Below, one piece after another: positions 8,391 through 18,171 of a stretch of 64,000 nucleotides of DNA. The notes beneath the pieces are model-generated. The model was not told the DNA's origin and searched no databases. It was given only the letters and a program-made list of their open reading frames with translations. Source of the DNA: an uncultured Rhodospirillaceae bacterium (GTDB taxonomy: Bacteria > Pseudomonadota > Alphaproteobacteria > Dongiales > Dongiaceae); the NCBI GenBank assembly GCA_964551505.1, contig CAZKDH010000048.1, positions 1,947 to 65,946 on the forward strand, read 5' to 3'. The translations under genes were made by a program, and so were the position numbers. Within the stretch, counting starts at the first letter, position 1, and each line of letters begins with the position of its first letter.

Positions 8391-9086
8391 ATGCTCGAGA
8401 AGTTCGTGCTCTATGTCGGCTGGACGGTGGCGACCCTGTTGCCGATCATCAATCCGATCAGTGCCGCGGGGATGCTGATCGGCATCACCGGGCAGCTCAG
8501 CGTCGCCGAGCGCAACCGGCAGATCACCATGGCCTGCATCTACATGTCGGGGATCCTGCTGGCCTTTCTCCTGGCCGGGGTCCTGATCATGGATCTCTTC
8601 GGCATCTCCATCCCGGGCCTGCGCATCGCCGGCGGGATGATCGTCGCCTTCCTCGGCTTCCGCATGCTGTTTCCGCACGAATCCGAGCTCGATGCCGAAT
8701 CCGACATCGAGGCGCGGCAGAAGACCGACATTTCCTTCACCCCGCTCGCCATGCCAGGGTTGAGCGGGCCGGGGTCGATCGCGCTGGTGATCACCATGTC
8801 GACCACGGTGCAGAAATCCGGCGAGCTCAGCACCCCGATGACCTATCTGGTGATCTCCACCGGAATCGTGATTTCCGCCATGATCATATGGCTTTGCCTG
8901 CGCGCGGCGGGGCTGCTGAACCGGCTGCTGGGGAGCAACGGCATCGCGGCAATTTCGCGGATCATGGGGTTCCTGATGGTGTGCATCGGCGTGCAGTTCG
9001 CCATCAACGGTGTCAAGGACCTGCTGCACGACCCGGATTTCTGGCCGCAACCCACCGTGCAGGCACCGGCGCCGCTCCAGGAATGA
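8391..9086 (+). CDS. MarC family (UPF0056) integral membrane protein
   Basis: 231 aa with about 6 hydrophobic segments. The N-terminal ..LLPIINPISAAGMLIG.. and ..FTPLAMPGLSGPGSIA.. motifs are typical of MarC/YhgN proteins. Confidence 0.85.
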   Translation: MLEKFVLYVGWTVATLLPIINPISAAGMLIGITGQLSVAERNRQITMACIYMSGILLAFLLAGVLIMDLFGISIPGLRIAGGMIVAFLGFRMLFPHESELDAESDIEARQKTDISFTPLAMPGLSGPGSIALVITMSTTVQKSGELSTPMTYLVISTGIVISAMIIWLCLRAAGLLNRLLGSNGIAAISRIMGFLMVCIGVQFAINGVKDLLHDPDFWPQPTVQAPAPLQE

Positions 9087-9135
9087 CGCCGGTTTTCGCC
9101 GGTCCGGGACCGGGAAAACCGGCGGTCGCGCACGG

Positions 9136-9477
9136 TTATTCCGCGGCCTGGGCGCTGGTTTCGACGGCAAGACCGGCATCCACCCAGTCCTGCTTCCCGT
9201 CCTTGTATTCCAGGACCTGGCTGTAGCCGAGATCCCGCAGGGCCTGGCCGGCGAGGGCGGAATTCTGGCAGGCGGCATTGGCGCAATAGACGACGATTTC
9301 CGCATCCTTGTCGGGCAGAAGGCGCGGGGCGAGGCCGGCGACCTGGTCATGCGGCAGATTCAATGCCCCAGGCAAGTGCTTGTCATTGAAGTATTTTGGC
9401 GGCAAGGCCTCGACGACGGTGACCTGGCGGGCGGCGATCTTGCGCTGGAGGTCGGTGCGGCTGATGAGATGGCTCAC
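9136..9477 (-). CDS. Single-domain rhodanese-like sulfurtransferase
   Basis: ..VTVVEALPPKYFNDKHLPGALNLP...DAEIVVYCANAACQNSALAGQALRDLGY..VLEYKDGKQDW is a rhodanese fold with an active-site Cys loop. Start reassigned to the GTG at 9475-9477, which has AAGGAG 6 nt upstream. Confidence 0.85.
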   Translation of the reverse strand: MSHLISRTDLQRKIAARQVTVVEALPPKYFNDKHLPGALNLPHDQVAGLAPRLLPDKDAEIVVYCANAACQNSALAGQALRDLGYSQVLEYKDGKQDWVDAGLAVETSAQAAE

Positions 9478-9570
9478 GGTTGGCTCCTTTCGGTGAACAA
9501 GTTGACGACTTGCGGTGAAATCTGGTCTATGCTGATTTGCAATTGAACTGGCATTTTTTGCCCTGGAGCG

Positions 9571-9586
9571 ATTGCGATTTTGCAAT
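9571..9586. promoter_or_regulatory. Perfect inverted repeat ATTGC-N6-GCAAT in the rhodanese/LysR divergent region (candidate LysR box)
   Basis: ATTGCGATTTTGCAAT was read directly and overlaps the LysR ATG. A second TTTGCAAT copy lies at 9536-9543. Confidence 0.35.
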
Positions 9587-10475
9587 GACTAGCCTCGAGC
9601 ATCTGGATTGGGACGACCTTCGCCTGGTCCTGGCCATCGGCCGGGAGGGTGGCCTCGGTCCCGCGGCCCGGGCGCTCGGCGTCAACCACTCCACGGTCTT
9701 TCGCCGGATCAGGACCTTGGAGGACCGGCTGGGGGCGGCCCTGTTCGAGCGCCAGGCCAACGGCTATGCGCCGACGCCGCTGGGCGAGGCGGGGGTGCGG
9801 GCGGCGACCGCGATGGAGGCCCAGATCCACGCCTTCCAGCGCGAGGCGGCCGGCGACGGCAAGGAGCTTCAGGGCAGCATCCGGCTGACCGCCCCGGACG
9901 ACGTGGTCTTCAGCCTGCTGTTGCCGATCCTGGCCGATTTCCGGCGCACCTATCGCAGCCTGGTCCTGGAGGTCGAGGTCGAGAACCGCTTCCTCAACCT
10001 GAGTCGCCGCGAGGCCGATATCGCCATCCGCTCCAGCAATGCGCCGCCGGAGACCATGATCGGCGTCAACGTCGGCGAGACGGCCCTGGCCGGCTATGCC
10101 GCCCGCCCGCTGCTGCACCAGAGCCGCGTCTGGCGGGACCTGCCCTGGATCGGCTGGGACGAGGGCGCCGGGCCCCGCCGCATCCAGCAGTGGCAGGCCG
10201 AACACCTGCCCGCCGGCGCCGTCGTCTACCGCTGCAACAGCCTGCTGAACCAGTTCGCGGCCGCCGAGGCCGCCATCGGCGTCGCCCTCCTGCCCTGCTT
10301 CCTGGCGGGCCGGAGTCCGCATCTGGAGCGGGTGGTGCCGCCGCTGGACAGCCTCACCAGCCTCTGGATCCTCACGCATCCGGATCTGCGCCGCGCGCCG
10401 CGCATCCAGGCCTGCATGTCCTTCATCGGCGACGGCTTGCGCCGGCAGCGCGCGCGTCTCGCCGGGACGGAGTGA
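9585..10475 (+). CDS. LysR family transcriptional regulator
   Basis: MTSLEHLDWDDLRLVLAIGREGGLGPAARALGVNHSTVFRRIRTLEDRLGAALFER is the classic LysR wHTH, followed by a substrate-binding domain. Start chosen at 9585 to give the usual short N-terminus. Confidence 0.9.
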   Translation: MTSLEHLDWDDLRLVLAIGREGGLGPAARALGVNHSTVFRRIRTLEDRLGAALFERQANGYAPTPLGEAGVRAATAMEAQIHAFQREAAGDGKELQGSIRLTAPDDVVFSLLLPILADFRRTYRSLVLEVEVENRFLNLSRREADIAIRSSNAPPETMIGVNVGETALAGYAARPLLHQSRVWRDLPWIGWDEGAGPRRIQQWQAEHLPAGAVVYRCNSLLNQFAAAEAAIGVALLPCFLAGRSPHLERVVPPLDSLTSLWILTHPDLRRAPRIQACMSFIGDGLRRQRARLAGTE

Positions 10476-10550
10476 GCCGGTTTACAAGCCCGGCCGGATC
10501 GGGCAGTTTCGCCGTAACAACGCCCAATAACCGCGATCCTGGGAGGCACC

Positions 10551-11786
10551 ATGTCTGGCACCTATATCAATCTGACCGCCAAGGACGGCGGTCAGTTCCG
10601 AGGCTATTTGGCGCTCCCCGCCGGCGGCAAGGGCCCCGGGATCGTGCTCTGCCAGGAGATCTTCGGGATCAATCCCTATATCCGCGAGGTCGCCGACTAC
10701 TACGCCGAGGAGGGCTATGTGGTGCTGGCGCCCGACCTGTTCTGGCGCCTCGAGCCGAATGTCGAATTGGGCTACACGCCGGAGGACTGGCAGCGCGCCT
10801 TCGGCTTCTTCCAGAAGTTCGACGTCGACAAGGGGATCGAGGACATCGGCGCCGCGGTGAAGGCGCTGCGCGCCCGTCCGGAATGCACCGGCAAGGTGGG
10901 GACCATCGGCTTCTGCCTTGGCGGCAAGCTTGCCTATCTGTCCGCCTGCCGCACCGACGTGGACTGCGCCGTCGGCTATTACGGCGTCGGCATCGAGGGC
11001 GCGCTGGGCGAGGCGAAGAACATCAAATGCCCGGTGGTGCTGCACATCGCTGAACTCGACAAGTACTGCCCGCCCGAGGCCCAGGCGCAGATCCGCGACA
11101 ACTTCAAGAACCGGCCCGAGATCGAGATCTACACCTATCAGGGCTGCGACCACGCCTTCGCCCGCACCGCCGGCGAGCACTACAACAAGCCGGCCGCCGG
11201 CATGGCACATACCCGCTCGATCGCGCTGTTCCGCAAGGTGCTGGGCCCGCGCCACGATCTTTCCGCGCTCTGGGACCAGCATTGCTACTTCGAATTCGCC
11301 ACCCGCGACGTCGATGCGACGATGAAGACCATGGTGGCCGAGCCCTATGTCAATCACATCCCGACGATGACGGGCGGCGTCGGCGCCAAGGAGCTGGCGC
11401 GCTTCTACAAGCATCATTTCGTCAACAGCAATCCCAAGGATACCAGGCTGGTGCCGATTTCGCGCACCATCGGCGCCGACCGGGTGGTCGACGAGATGCT
11501 GTTCTGCTTCACCCATGATTGCGAGATCGACTGGATGCTGCCCGGCGTGAAGCCGACCGGCAAGTATGTGGAGATCCCGCTGGTCGCCATCGTCTGCTTC
11601 CGCGGCGACAAGCTCTATCACGAGCATATCTACTGGGATCAGGCCTCGGTCCTGGTGCAGATCGGGCTGCTCGATGCCAAGAACCTGCCGACCGCCGGCA
11701 GCGAGACGGCGAAGAAGCTGGTCGACGAGACCCGTCCGTCCAATACGCTGATGAAGCGCTGGGCGGAAAGCGCCGGCAAGGCCTGA
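10551..11786 (+). CDS. Dienelactone hydrolase (carboxymethylenebutenolidase) domain fused to a SnoaL/NTF2-like domain
   Basis: GGGAGG SD. The N-terminal half has ..GPGIVLCQEIFGINPYIREVADYYAEEGYVVLAPDLF..IGFCLGG.. (DLH nucleophile elbow with Cys). The C-terminal 170 aa or so (..YFEFATRDVDATMKTMV..HEHIYWDQASVLVQIGLL) look NTF2/ester-cyclase-like. Confidence 0.85.
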   Translation: MSGTYINLTAKDGGQFRGYLALPAGGKGPGIVLCQEIFGINPYIREVADYYAEEGYVVLAPDLFWRLEPNVELGYTPEDWQRAFGFFQKFDVDKGIEDIGAAVKALRARPECTGKVGTIGFCLGGKLAYLSACRTDVDCAVGYYGVGIEGALGEAKNIKCPVVLHIAELDKYCPPEAQAQIRDNFKNRPEIEIYTYQGCDHAFARTAGEHYNKPAAGMAHTRSIALFRKVLGPRHDLSALWDQHCYFEFATRDVDATMKTMVAEPYVNHIPTMTGGVGAKELARFYKHHFVNSNPKDTRLVPISRTIGADRVVDEMLFCFTHDCEIDWMLPGVKPTGKYVEIPLVAIVCFRGDKLYHEHIYWDQASVLVQIGLLDAKNLPTAGSETAKKLVDETRPSNTLMKRWAESAGKA

Positions 11787-11791
11787 CGGGA

Positions 11792-13303
11792 ATGGGCAAC
11801 CCGGGAATGAGCAACCCGCTGATCGCCAGACTCAAGGCCGGCGACTGCATCGGCTGCCACTGGTCGATCCTGGGATCGCCCAGCGTCGTCGAGCTGATGG
11901 TCGATTCCGGTCCCGATGCCATGGTGTTCGACCTGCAGCACGGCTTGTGGACGCGGCCGGCACTGGAGCACGCGATCGGCATGGTGCGCGACAAGACGGC
12001 GCCGATCTGCCGGGTGGCGGATGGCAGCTACTTCGCCATCGGCAGCGCGCTAGACGCCGGCGCCGTCGGGGTGATCGTGCCGATGATCGAGACGGCCGAA
12101 CAGGCCCAGGCCTGCGTCGATGCCGCGAAGTATCCGCCGGAGGGCCGCCGATCGACCGGTGGCGTGCGGGCGATCATCAACTACAAGTCCTATCTGCCGC
12201 AGGCCAATGCCAATACCCTGGTGGCGGTGATGATCGAGACGGCGAGGGGTGTGGAGAACGCCGCGGCGATCGCGGCGGTTCCCGGGGTCGATTGCGTGTT
12301 CATCGGCCCCTTCGACCTGTCGCTGTCGCTGGGGACCTTCCCCGACAACGGCCCGAAGCACGAATCCGCGATGCAGGCGATCCTGACCGCCTGCCGCGCC
12401 GCCGGAACGGCGTGCGGCCTGTTCACGCCCTACGCGACGATGGCGGCGGACAGGCGCCAGCAGGGCTTCCAGTGGGTGGTGCTTGCGAACGACCAGGACC
12501 TGCTCCAGGGCCCGTCGAAGGCGGCCGTGCGCCGCTTCCAGCAGGGAACCGGCACGGATCTGGTCGAAGGCAGCGTCGCCCTGGTCACCGGCAGCAATCG
12601 CGGCATCGGCCCGGAGATCGTCCGCGCGCTGCTGCGCGGCGGGGCAGCGAAGATCTATTGCGGCGCCCGCGACACGGCAACGCTGACGCCGCTGGTGGCC
12701 GTCGCCCCCGATCGCCTGAAGGCGGTGCAGATCGACATCTCCAATCCGGTGGAAATCAGTGCCGCGGCCGAGAAATGCGGGGATGTCACGCTGCTCATCA
12801 ACAATGCCGGGGTCAATTTCAACACGCCGCTCTTCGCCATCGATGGCACGGACAATGCCCGCCGCGAGATGGAGGTCAACTATTTCGGCACCCTGAACAT
12901 GTGCCGCGCCTTCCAGCCGATCCTGAAACGGAATGGTGGCGGCGCCGTGGTCAACATGCTGAGCATATTGTCGTTGATCAACCTGCCGCTGATGGGCTCG
13001 CTCTGCGCCTCTAAGGCGGCGCTGCTGTCGCTGACCCAGGCGCTGCGGGCCGAGGCGAAGGCACAGGGTACCCATGTCATGGCGGTGATGCCCGGTGCGG
13101 TCGATACCGACATGACCCGCGGCCTCGAGATTCCGAAGCTGGCGCCGCGACCGGCGGCGGAGGCGGTGCTCTATGGCCTGAAGACCCGCGCCGAGGAGAT
13201 CTTCCCGGGCGCCATGGGTGCCGGCGTCGCCTTCGGCCTGACCAACGACTACAAGGCGGTCGAGGCGGAATTCGCAGGGTTCCTGCCGGCGCAGAGCCTT
13301 TGA
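11792..13303 (+). CDS. HpcH/HpaI-family aldolase fused in frame to a short-chain dehydrogenase/reductase (SDR)
   Basis: The N-terminal half has ..GSPSVVELMVDSGPDAMVFDLQHG..GVIVPMIETAEQA..VAVMIETARGVENAAAIAAVPGVDCVFIGPFDLS.. (HpcH/HpaI TIM barrel). It runs without a stop into ..VALVTGSNRGIG...NNAG...S..Y.ASKAAL.. (SDR Rossmann fold and catalytic YxxxK). A second in-frame ATG lies at 11807. Confidence 0.85.
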   Translation: MGNPGMSNPLIARLKAGDCIGCHWSILGSPSVVELMVDSGPDAMVFDLQHGLWTRPALEHAIGMVRDKTAPICRVADGSYFAIGSALDAGAVGVIVPMIETAEQAQACVDAAKYPPEGRRSTGGVRAIINYKSYLPQANANTLVAVMIETARGVENAAAIAAVPGVDCVFIGPFDLSLSLGTFPDNGPKHESAMQAILTACRAAGTACGLFTPYATMAADRRQQGFQWVVLANDQDLLQGPSKAAVRRFQQGTGTDLVEGSVALVTGSNRGIGPEIVRALLRGGAAKIYCGARDTATLTPLVAVAPDRLKAVQIDISNPVEISAAAEKCGDVTLLINNAGVNFNTPLFAIDGTDNARREMEVNYFGTLNMCRAFQPILKRNGGGAVVNMLSILSLINLPLMGSLCASKAALLSLTQALRAEAKAQGTHVMAVMPGAVDTDMTRGLEIPKLAPRPAAEAVLYGLKTRAEEIFPGAMGAGVAFGLTNDYKAVEAEFAGFLPAQSL

Positions 13304-13319
13304 CCTCGATCGCCCGTAG

Positions 13320-14116
<797 letters not shown>

Positions 14117-14120
<4 letters not shown>

Positions 14121-14821
14121 GCCTGCTGGTGTCGGAAGGCCTGGTCGGCGGCTATGGCGGCATGGACATCCTGAACGGCGTCGGCCTGTCGGTGCGGGCG
14201 GACGAGATCGCCGTCATCGTCGGGCCGAACGGGGCGGGAAAGTCGACGGCGATGAAGGCGATCTTCGGCCTGGTGCGGCTGCGCGAGGGGCGCGTCCTGC
14301 TGGCGGGGGCCGAGATCACCAACTTCGCGCCGGTCGAACTGGTGAAGCGCGGGATGGCCTACGTGCCGCAGGAGCGGAACGTCTTTCGCAACCTGTCGGT
14401 CCGCGAGAACCTCGAAATGGGTGCCTACCTGAAGCCGTCGGAAACCGGCCGGATGATCGAGCAGGTCTTCGGCCTGTTCCCGGCACTGAAGGAAAAAGCG
14501 CGCCAGGCAGCGGGCGAACTCTCCGGCGGACAGCGCCAGATGGTGGCGATCGGCCGGGCAATGATGACCGAACCCAAGCTGCTGATGCTGGACGAGCCGA
14601 CCGCCGGGCTGTCGCCGCTGATCATGGAACAGATCTTCGAGCGCATCGTCGCCATCAACCGGGCCGGCGTCGGCATCCTCCTGGTCGAGCAGAATGCCAA
14701 GCAGGCGCTGGCCATCGCCCATACCGGCTACGTCCTGGCGACCGGCCGGAACCGGTTCACCGGACCGGCGGCCGAACTGCTGGCCAATCGCGATGTCGCG
14801 CAATCGTTCCTCGGCGGGTGA
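14117..14821 (+). CDS. livF: Branched-chain-amino-acid-type ABC transporter ATP-binding protein (LivF-like)
   Basis: GPNGAGKST, LSGGQRQMVAIGRA, LLMLDEP. ATGA overlap with the upstream gene. Confidence 0.9.
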
Positions 14822-14822
14822 G

Positions 14823-15722
14823 ATGGACGATTTCGCGCAATTCATCAACCTGCACCTTTTGCCCGGCGTCGTCGTCGGCTGCATCTATGCGCTGGGCGCC
14901 ATCGGGATTTCGCTGATCTTCGCCATCCTGCGTTTTGCCCACTTCGCCCATGGCGACGTCATGACCTTCGGTGCCTACGTCGCCTATACTCTGACGGCGA
15001 CCCTCGGCTGGTCGCCCTATGCCGCGCTCCCGGTCGCGATCCTGGCGACGGCGGCGCTGGCGGTGGCGATCGATCGCGTGAGCTATCGGCCGTTCCGCCG
15101 CAGCACCGGCATCATCGTGGTGATCGCCTCGTTCGGCGTCATGCTGACCCTGCGTTCGGCGATCCAGCTGATCTGGGGCGTCGGGGTCCTGACCTATGAG
15201 TCGGGGATCCGGATGCCGTTGACGTTCTTCGGCGTCTTCAGGATCCAGGAGAAGCATATCATCATCATCCTTGCCACCATGGCGATGGTGGCGGCCCTGC
15301 ACCTGTTCCTCAGCCGCAGCCGCACCGGCAAGGCGATGCGGGCGATGAGCGACGACGCCGACCTCGCGCGCGTCTCGGGCATCGATACCGAGGAGATCGT
15401 GCGCTGGACCTGGATCATCGGCGGCGGACTGGCGGGTGCCGCCGGCGTCTTCACCGGCATCAGCACCAAGCTGCACCCCAACATGTGCTGGGACCTGCTG
15501 CTGCCCCTGTTCGCCGCGGCGATCCTCGGCGGCATCGGGCGCCCCTACGGCGCGATCGTCGGCGGCCTGGTCATCGGCATCGCCCAGGAAATGGCGACCT
15601 ATCCCTGGTTCAGCGCCGAGCCCTTCATCGATCCTGCCTACAAGAACGCCGTCGCCTTCTTCATCATGGTGGCGATGCTGATCTGGCGGCCGACCGGGCT
15701 GTTCAAGGGGAGGGTGCTGTGA
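14823..15722 (+). CDS. livH: ABC transporter permease (LivH-like)
   Basis: MDDFAQFINLHLLPGVVVGCIYALGAIGISLIFAILRFAHFAHGD.. is the typical LivH N-terminus. The real start is the ATG at 14823, two nt after the livF stop. The track ORF started upstream, inside livF. Confidence 0.9.
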   Translation: MDDFAQFINLHLLPGVVVGCIYALGAIGISLIFAILRFAHFAHGDVMTFGAYVAYTLTATLGWSPYAALPVAILATAALAVAIDRVSYRPFRRSTGIIVVIASFGVMLTLRSAIQLIWGVGVLTYESGIRMPLTFFGVFRIQEKHIIIILATMAMVAALHLFLSRSRTGKAMRAMSDDADLARVSGIDTEEIVRWTWIIGGGLAGAAGVFTGISTKLHPNMCWDLLLPLFAAAILGGIGRPYGAIVGGLVIGIAQEMATYPWFSAEPFIDPAYKNAVAFFIMVAMLIWRPTGLFKGRVL

Positions 15723-16675
15723 GCGCGGATCTCGCTTTCCTGTTCGGCCCGATGATGTACCTCATCGGCCTGCTGACCGTCGGCGGGATCTATTCGGTGC
15801 TCTGCCTCGGGCTCAACGTGCAGTGGGGATTTGCCGGGCTGTTCAACGCCGGCATCATGGGCTTCTTCGCGGTCGGCGCCTATACCGCCGCAATCCTGAC
15901 GACGCCGGAAAGCCCCGCGCATCTCGGCGGCTTCGGGGTGCCGACCTATCTGGCATTGCCGGTCGCGATGGGGTTTTCGGCGCTGATCGCCTGGCCGATC
16001 GGGCGGATCTGCCTGCGGCTGCAGAGCGACTATCTCGCCATGGCGACGATCGGCATCGCCGAGATCCTGCGGCTGCTGTTCAAGAACGAGGAATGGCTGA
16101 CCGGCGGCACCCGCGGCATCGCCAATGTGCCGCGGCCATTCGAGACGCTGGGGCAGCCGTGGAGCAACCTCGGTTTCCTGGCCTTGGTCCTGCTCATCGT
16201 CCTGGCGATCTATTGGGCGGCGGAACGGGCCTGGATCTCGCCCTGGGGGCGGGCGATGCGCGCCATCCGCGACAACGAGCTGGCCGCGGCGGCGATCGGC
16301 AAGGATGTCGTGGCGTTCCGGCAGCAGGCCTTCGTCCTCGGCGCCATGGTGATGGGCCTCGGCGGCGCCCTCTATACCTATTACATCAAGTATCTGGGCC
16401 CGAGCGCCCTGGATCCGCTGACCAGCACCTTCCTGGTCTGGGTGATGCTGATCATCGGCGGCAGCGGCAACAATCGCGGTGCCATCCTGGGCGCCAACCT
16501 AGTCTGGCTGATCTGGTCGGGTACCGAAATCCTTACCAGCCGCCTGCCGGCCGACTGGATCACGCGGACGTCCTATATCCGGGCGCTGCTGATCGGCGTG
16601 CTGCTGCAGATCGTGCTGCAGAAATACGCCAAGGGCCTGCTGCCGGAAAAGGCGCCGGAACAGCCCAAGGCCTGA
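15719..16675 (+). CDS. livM: ABC transporter permease (LivM-like)
   Basis: GTGA overlap with the livH stop. ..GGIYSVLCLGLNVQWGFAGLFNAGIMGFFAVGAYTAA.. is typical of LivM. Confidence 0.9.
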   Translation: MSADLAFLFGPMMYLIGLLTVGGIYSVLCLGLNVQWGFAGLFNAGIMGFFAVGAYTAAILTTPESPAHLGGFGVPTYLALPVAMGFSALIAWPIGRICLRLQSDYLAMATIGIAEILRLLFKNEEWLTGGTRGIANVPRPFETLGQPWSNLGFLALVLLIVLAIYWAAERAWISPWGRAMRAIRDNELAAAAIGKDVVAFRQQAFVLGAMVMGLGGALYTYYIKYLGPSALDPLTSTFLVWVMLIIGGSGNNRGAILGANLVWLIWSGTEILTSRLPADWITRTSYIRALLIGVLLQIVLQKYAKGLLPEKAPEQPKA

Positions 16676-16730
16676 GGCGGGCTTCTGCGCCGGAAGTCCG
16701 CGTCCCGGCCACGTAAGCCCACGCCGTTTT

Positions 16731-16764
16731 CCAAACAAAATGGCCCGCCGGTGAAGGCGGGCCA
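16731..16764 (-). terminator. Rho-independent terminator after the substrate-binding-protein gene
   Basis: 9-bp stem tggcccgcc / ggcgggcca (16741-49 / 16756-64) with loop ggtgaa. It is followed on the minus strand by TTTTGTTTGG. Located 25 nt after the stop. Confidence 0.6.
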
Positions 16765-16788
16765 TGATGCAGGAGGTGGATCAGGGGA

Positions 16789-18123
16789 TCAGGGTTGAAC
16801 CAGCCCGACCTGCTTGTAGGAGGTGCCGTCGACGACGAAATGGCCGATGACGCCGGCGACGTCGCCGTTGGCATCGAACTCCATGTCGCCCGTGGCGCCC
16901 TGGTAATCGACATCCTTGCCGGCGTCGATCATCTCCTTGGCCTTCTGCCAGTCGCCGGGGCCGACCTTCTCGCCGGGGGCGTTGGCGACCTCGCGCAGGG
17001 CGTCGCGCACCTTGGTACGGTCGGTCGAACCCGCCTTCTCGATGGCGAGGGCGGTGAGCATCATCGAGTCATAGACCTGGCCGATGAAGATCTTGTCCTT
17101 GGTGGTCTGGAACGCCTTGGTGTAGATCTCGTCGAACTTCTTGCCGGCATCGCTGTCCGGCGAGGACGGCGAGGTGAAGAACGAGGTCTTCAGGTTGTCG
17201 GCCCCGATCTTCTCGATCAGTAGGTTGTCGCGCAGGCCGTCGGTGCCGATGAAGCGGTTGAACAGGCCGTTCTCCAGCGATTCCTTCACGAGCGTCAGGC
17301 CGGAATCGCCGGCATAGGCGATGATGACCAGGGCTTCCGGCCCGCCTTTGGAGAGGGTGGCGAGTTCGGAGCTGTAGGACGGCTGCTTCTCCTCGTGCTT
17401 CACCTCGCCGGTGATCTCGCCGCCGCCCGACTTGTAGGCCTCGGCGAAGCCCTGGGCGAGTGGCGCCGCGTAATCGTTGTTGGCATAGGTCAGCGCCACC
17501 TTCTTGATGCCCTGCTCGAGCACCAGCTTGGCCAGCATCCGGCCCTGGAAGGCATCCGAGGGCACGACGCGATAGACCCAGTCGTTGTCCTTCATGGTGG
17601 TGAGATCGGGCGAGGTCGCCGTCGGCGAGACCTGCAGGATGCCGGTCGGCACGATGACCGCATTGGCCGCCGCGATCGTGGTGCCTGACATCAGCGCGCC
17701 GACCACGGCCGAGACGTTCTCGACATTGACCAGCTTGGTGGCGGCGTCGACGGCGCCCTGGGCGCTGCCGGTAGTGTCGCCGACCACGGTCTCCAGCTTG
17801 CCGCCGAGGATGCCGCCGCCGGCATTCACCTCGTCGGCGGCCAGCTTCACCGAATCCATCATCGGCGGGATGAAGTTGGCGATCGGGCCGGTGACGTCGA
17901 ACAGCACGCCGACCTTGACGTTGCCGCCGGCCGGTGCCGCGGCCGGGGCGGGGGCCGGCGTCGCGGCCGCCTGCTGGGTGTCGGCGGCGGGCGCCTGTTC
18001 CGTCGCCGGCGCCTGTTCGGCGGCCTTCTCTTCCTTCTTCTCGCCGCAGCCGGCCAAAGCCAGCGCCGCGGTGACGAAGGCCGCCGCGCCGGCGTGTTTG
18101 ATGATCGAGAATCCGCTTTTCAT
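16789..18123 (-). CDS. ABC transporter substrate-binding lipoprotein, LivJ/K (branched-chain amino acid) family
   Basis: Signal peptide with lipobox (..AALALAGCGEKK..), an Ala/Pro/Gln-rich linker, then a periplasmic-binding type I fold (..VKVGVLFDVTGPIANF..VSAVVGALMSGTT..). Confidence 0.9.
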   Translation of the reverse strand: MKSGFSIIKHAGAAAFVTAALALAGCGEKKEEKAAEQAPATEQAPAADTQQAAATPAPAPAAAPAGGNVKVGVLFDVTGPIANFIPPMMDSVKLAADEVNAGGGILGGKLETVVGDTTGSAQGAVDAATKLVNVENVSAVVGALMSGTTIAAANAVIVPTGILQVSPTATSPDLTTMKDNDWVYRVVPSDAFQGRMLAKLVLEQGIKKVALTYANNDYAAPLAQGFAEAYKSGGGEITGEVKHEEKQPSYSSELATLSKGGPEALVIIAYAGDSGLTLVKESLENGLFNRFIGTDGLRDNLLIEKIGADNLKTSFFTSPSSPDSDAGKKFDEIYTKAFQTTKDKIFIGQVYDSMMLTALAIEKAGSTDRTKVRDALREVANAPGEKVGPGDWQKAKEMIDAGKDVDYQGATGDMEFDANGDVAGVIGHFVVDGTSYKQVGLVQP

Positions 18124-18171
18124 GGTCGTTGCCCCAATACTTGTTTGTGTGGTGTGTGTCCGACGGTGAGT

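Noticed and set aside
8024-9135. Genomic island integrated at tRNA-Arg
   Set aside because: There is no integrase or recombinase gene, and I could not spot a duplicated tRNA 3'-end. GC content and codon bias downstream (marC, rhodanese) look like the rest of the window.
9547-9562. Sigma54-type promoter (CTGGCATTTTTTGCC) upstream of the LysR gene
   Set aside because: The GG-to-GC spacing is two nt shorter than the TGGCAC-N5-TTGC consensus, and no enhancer-binding protein is nearby.
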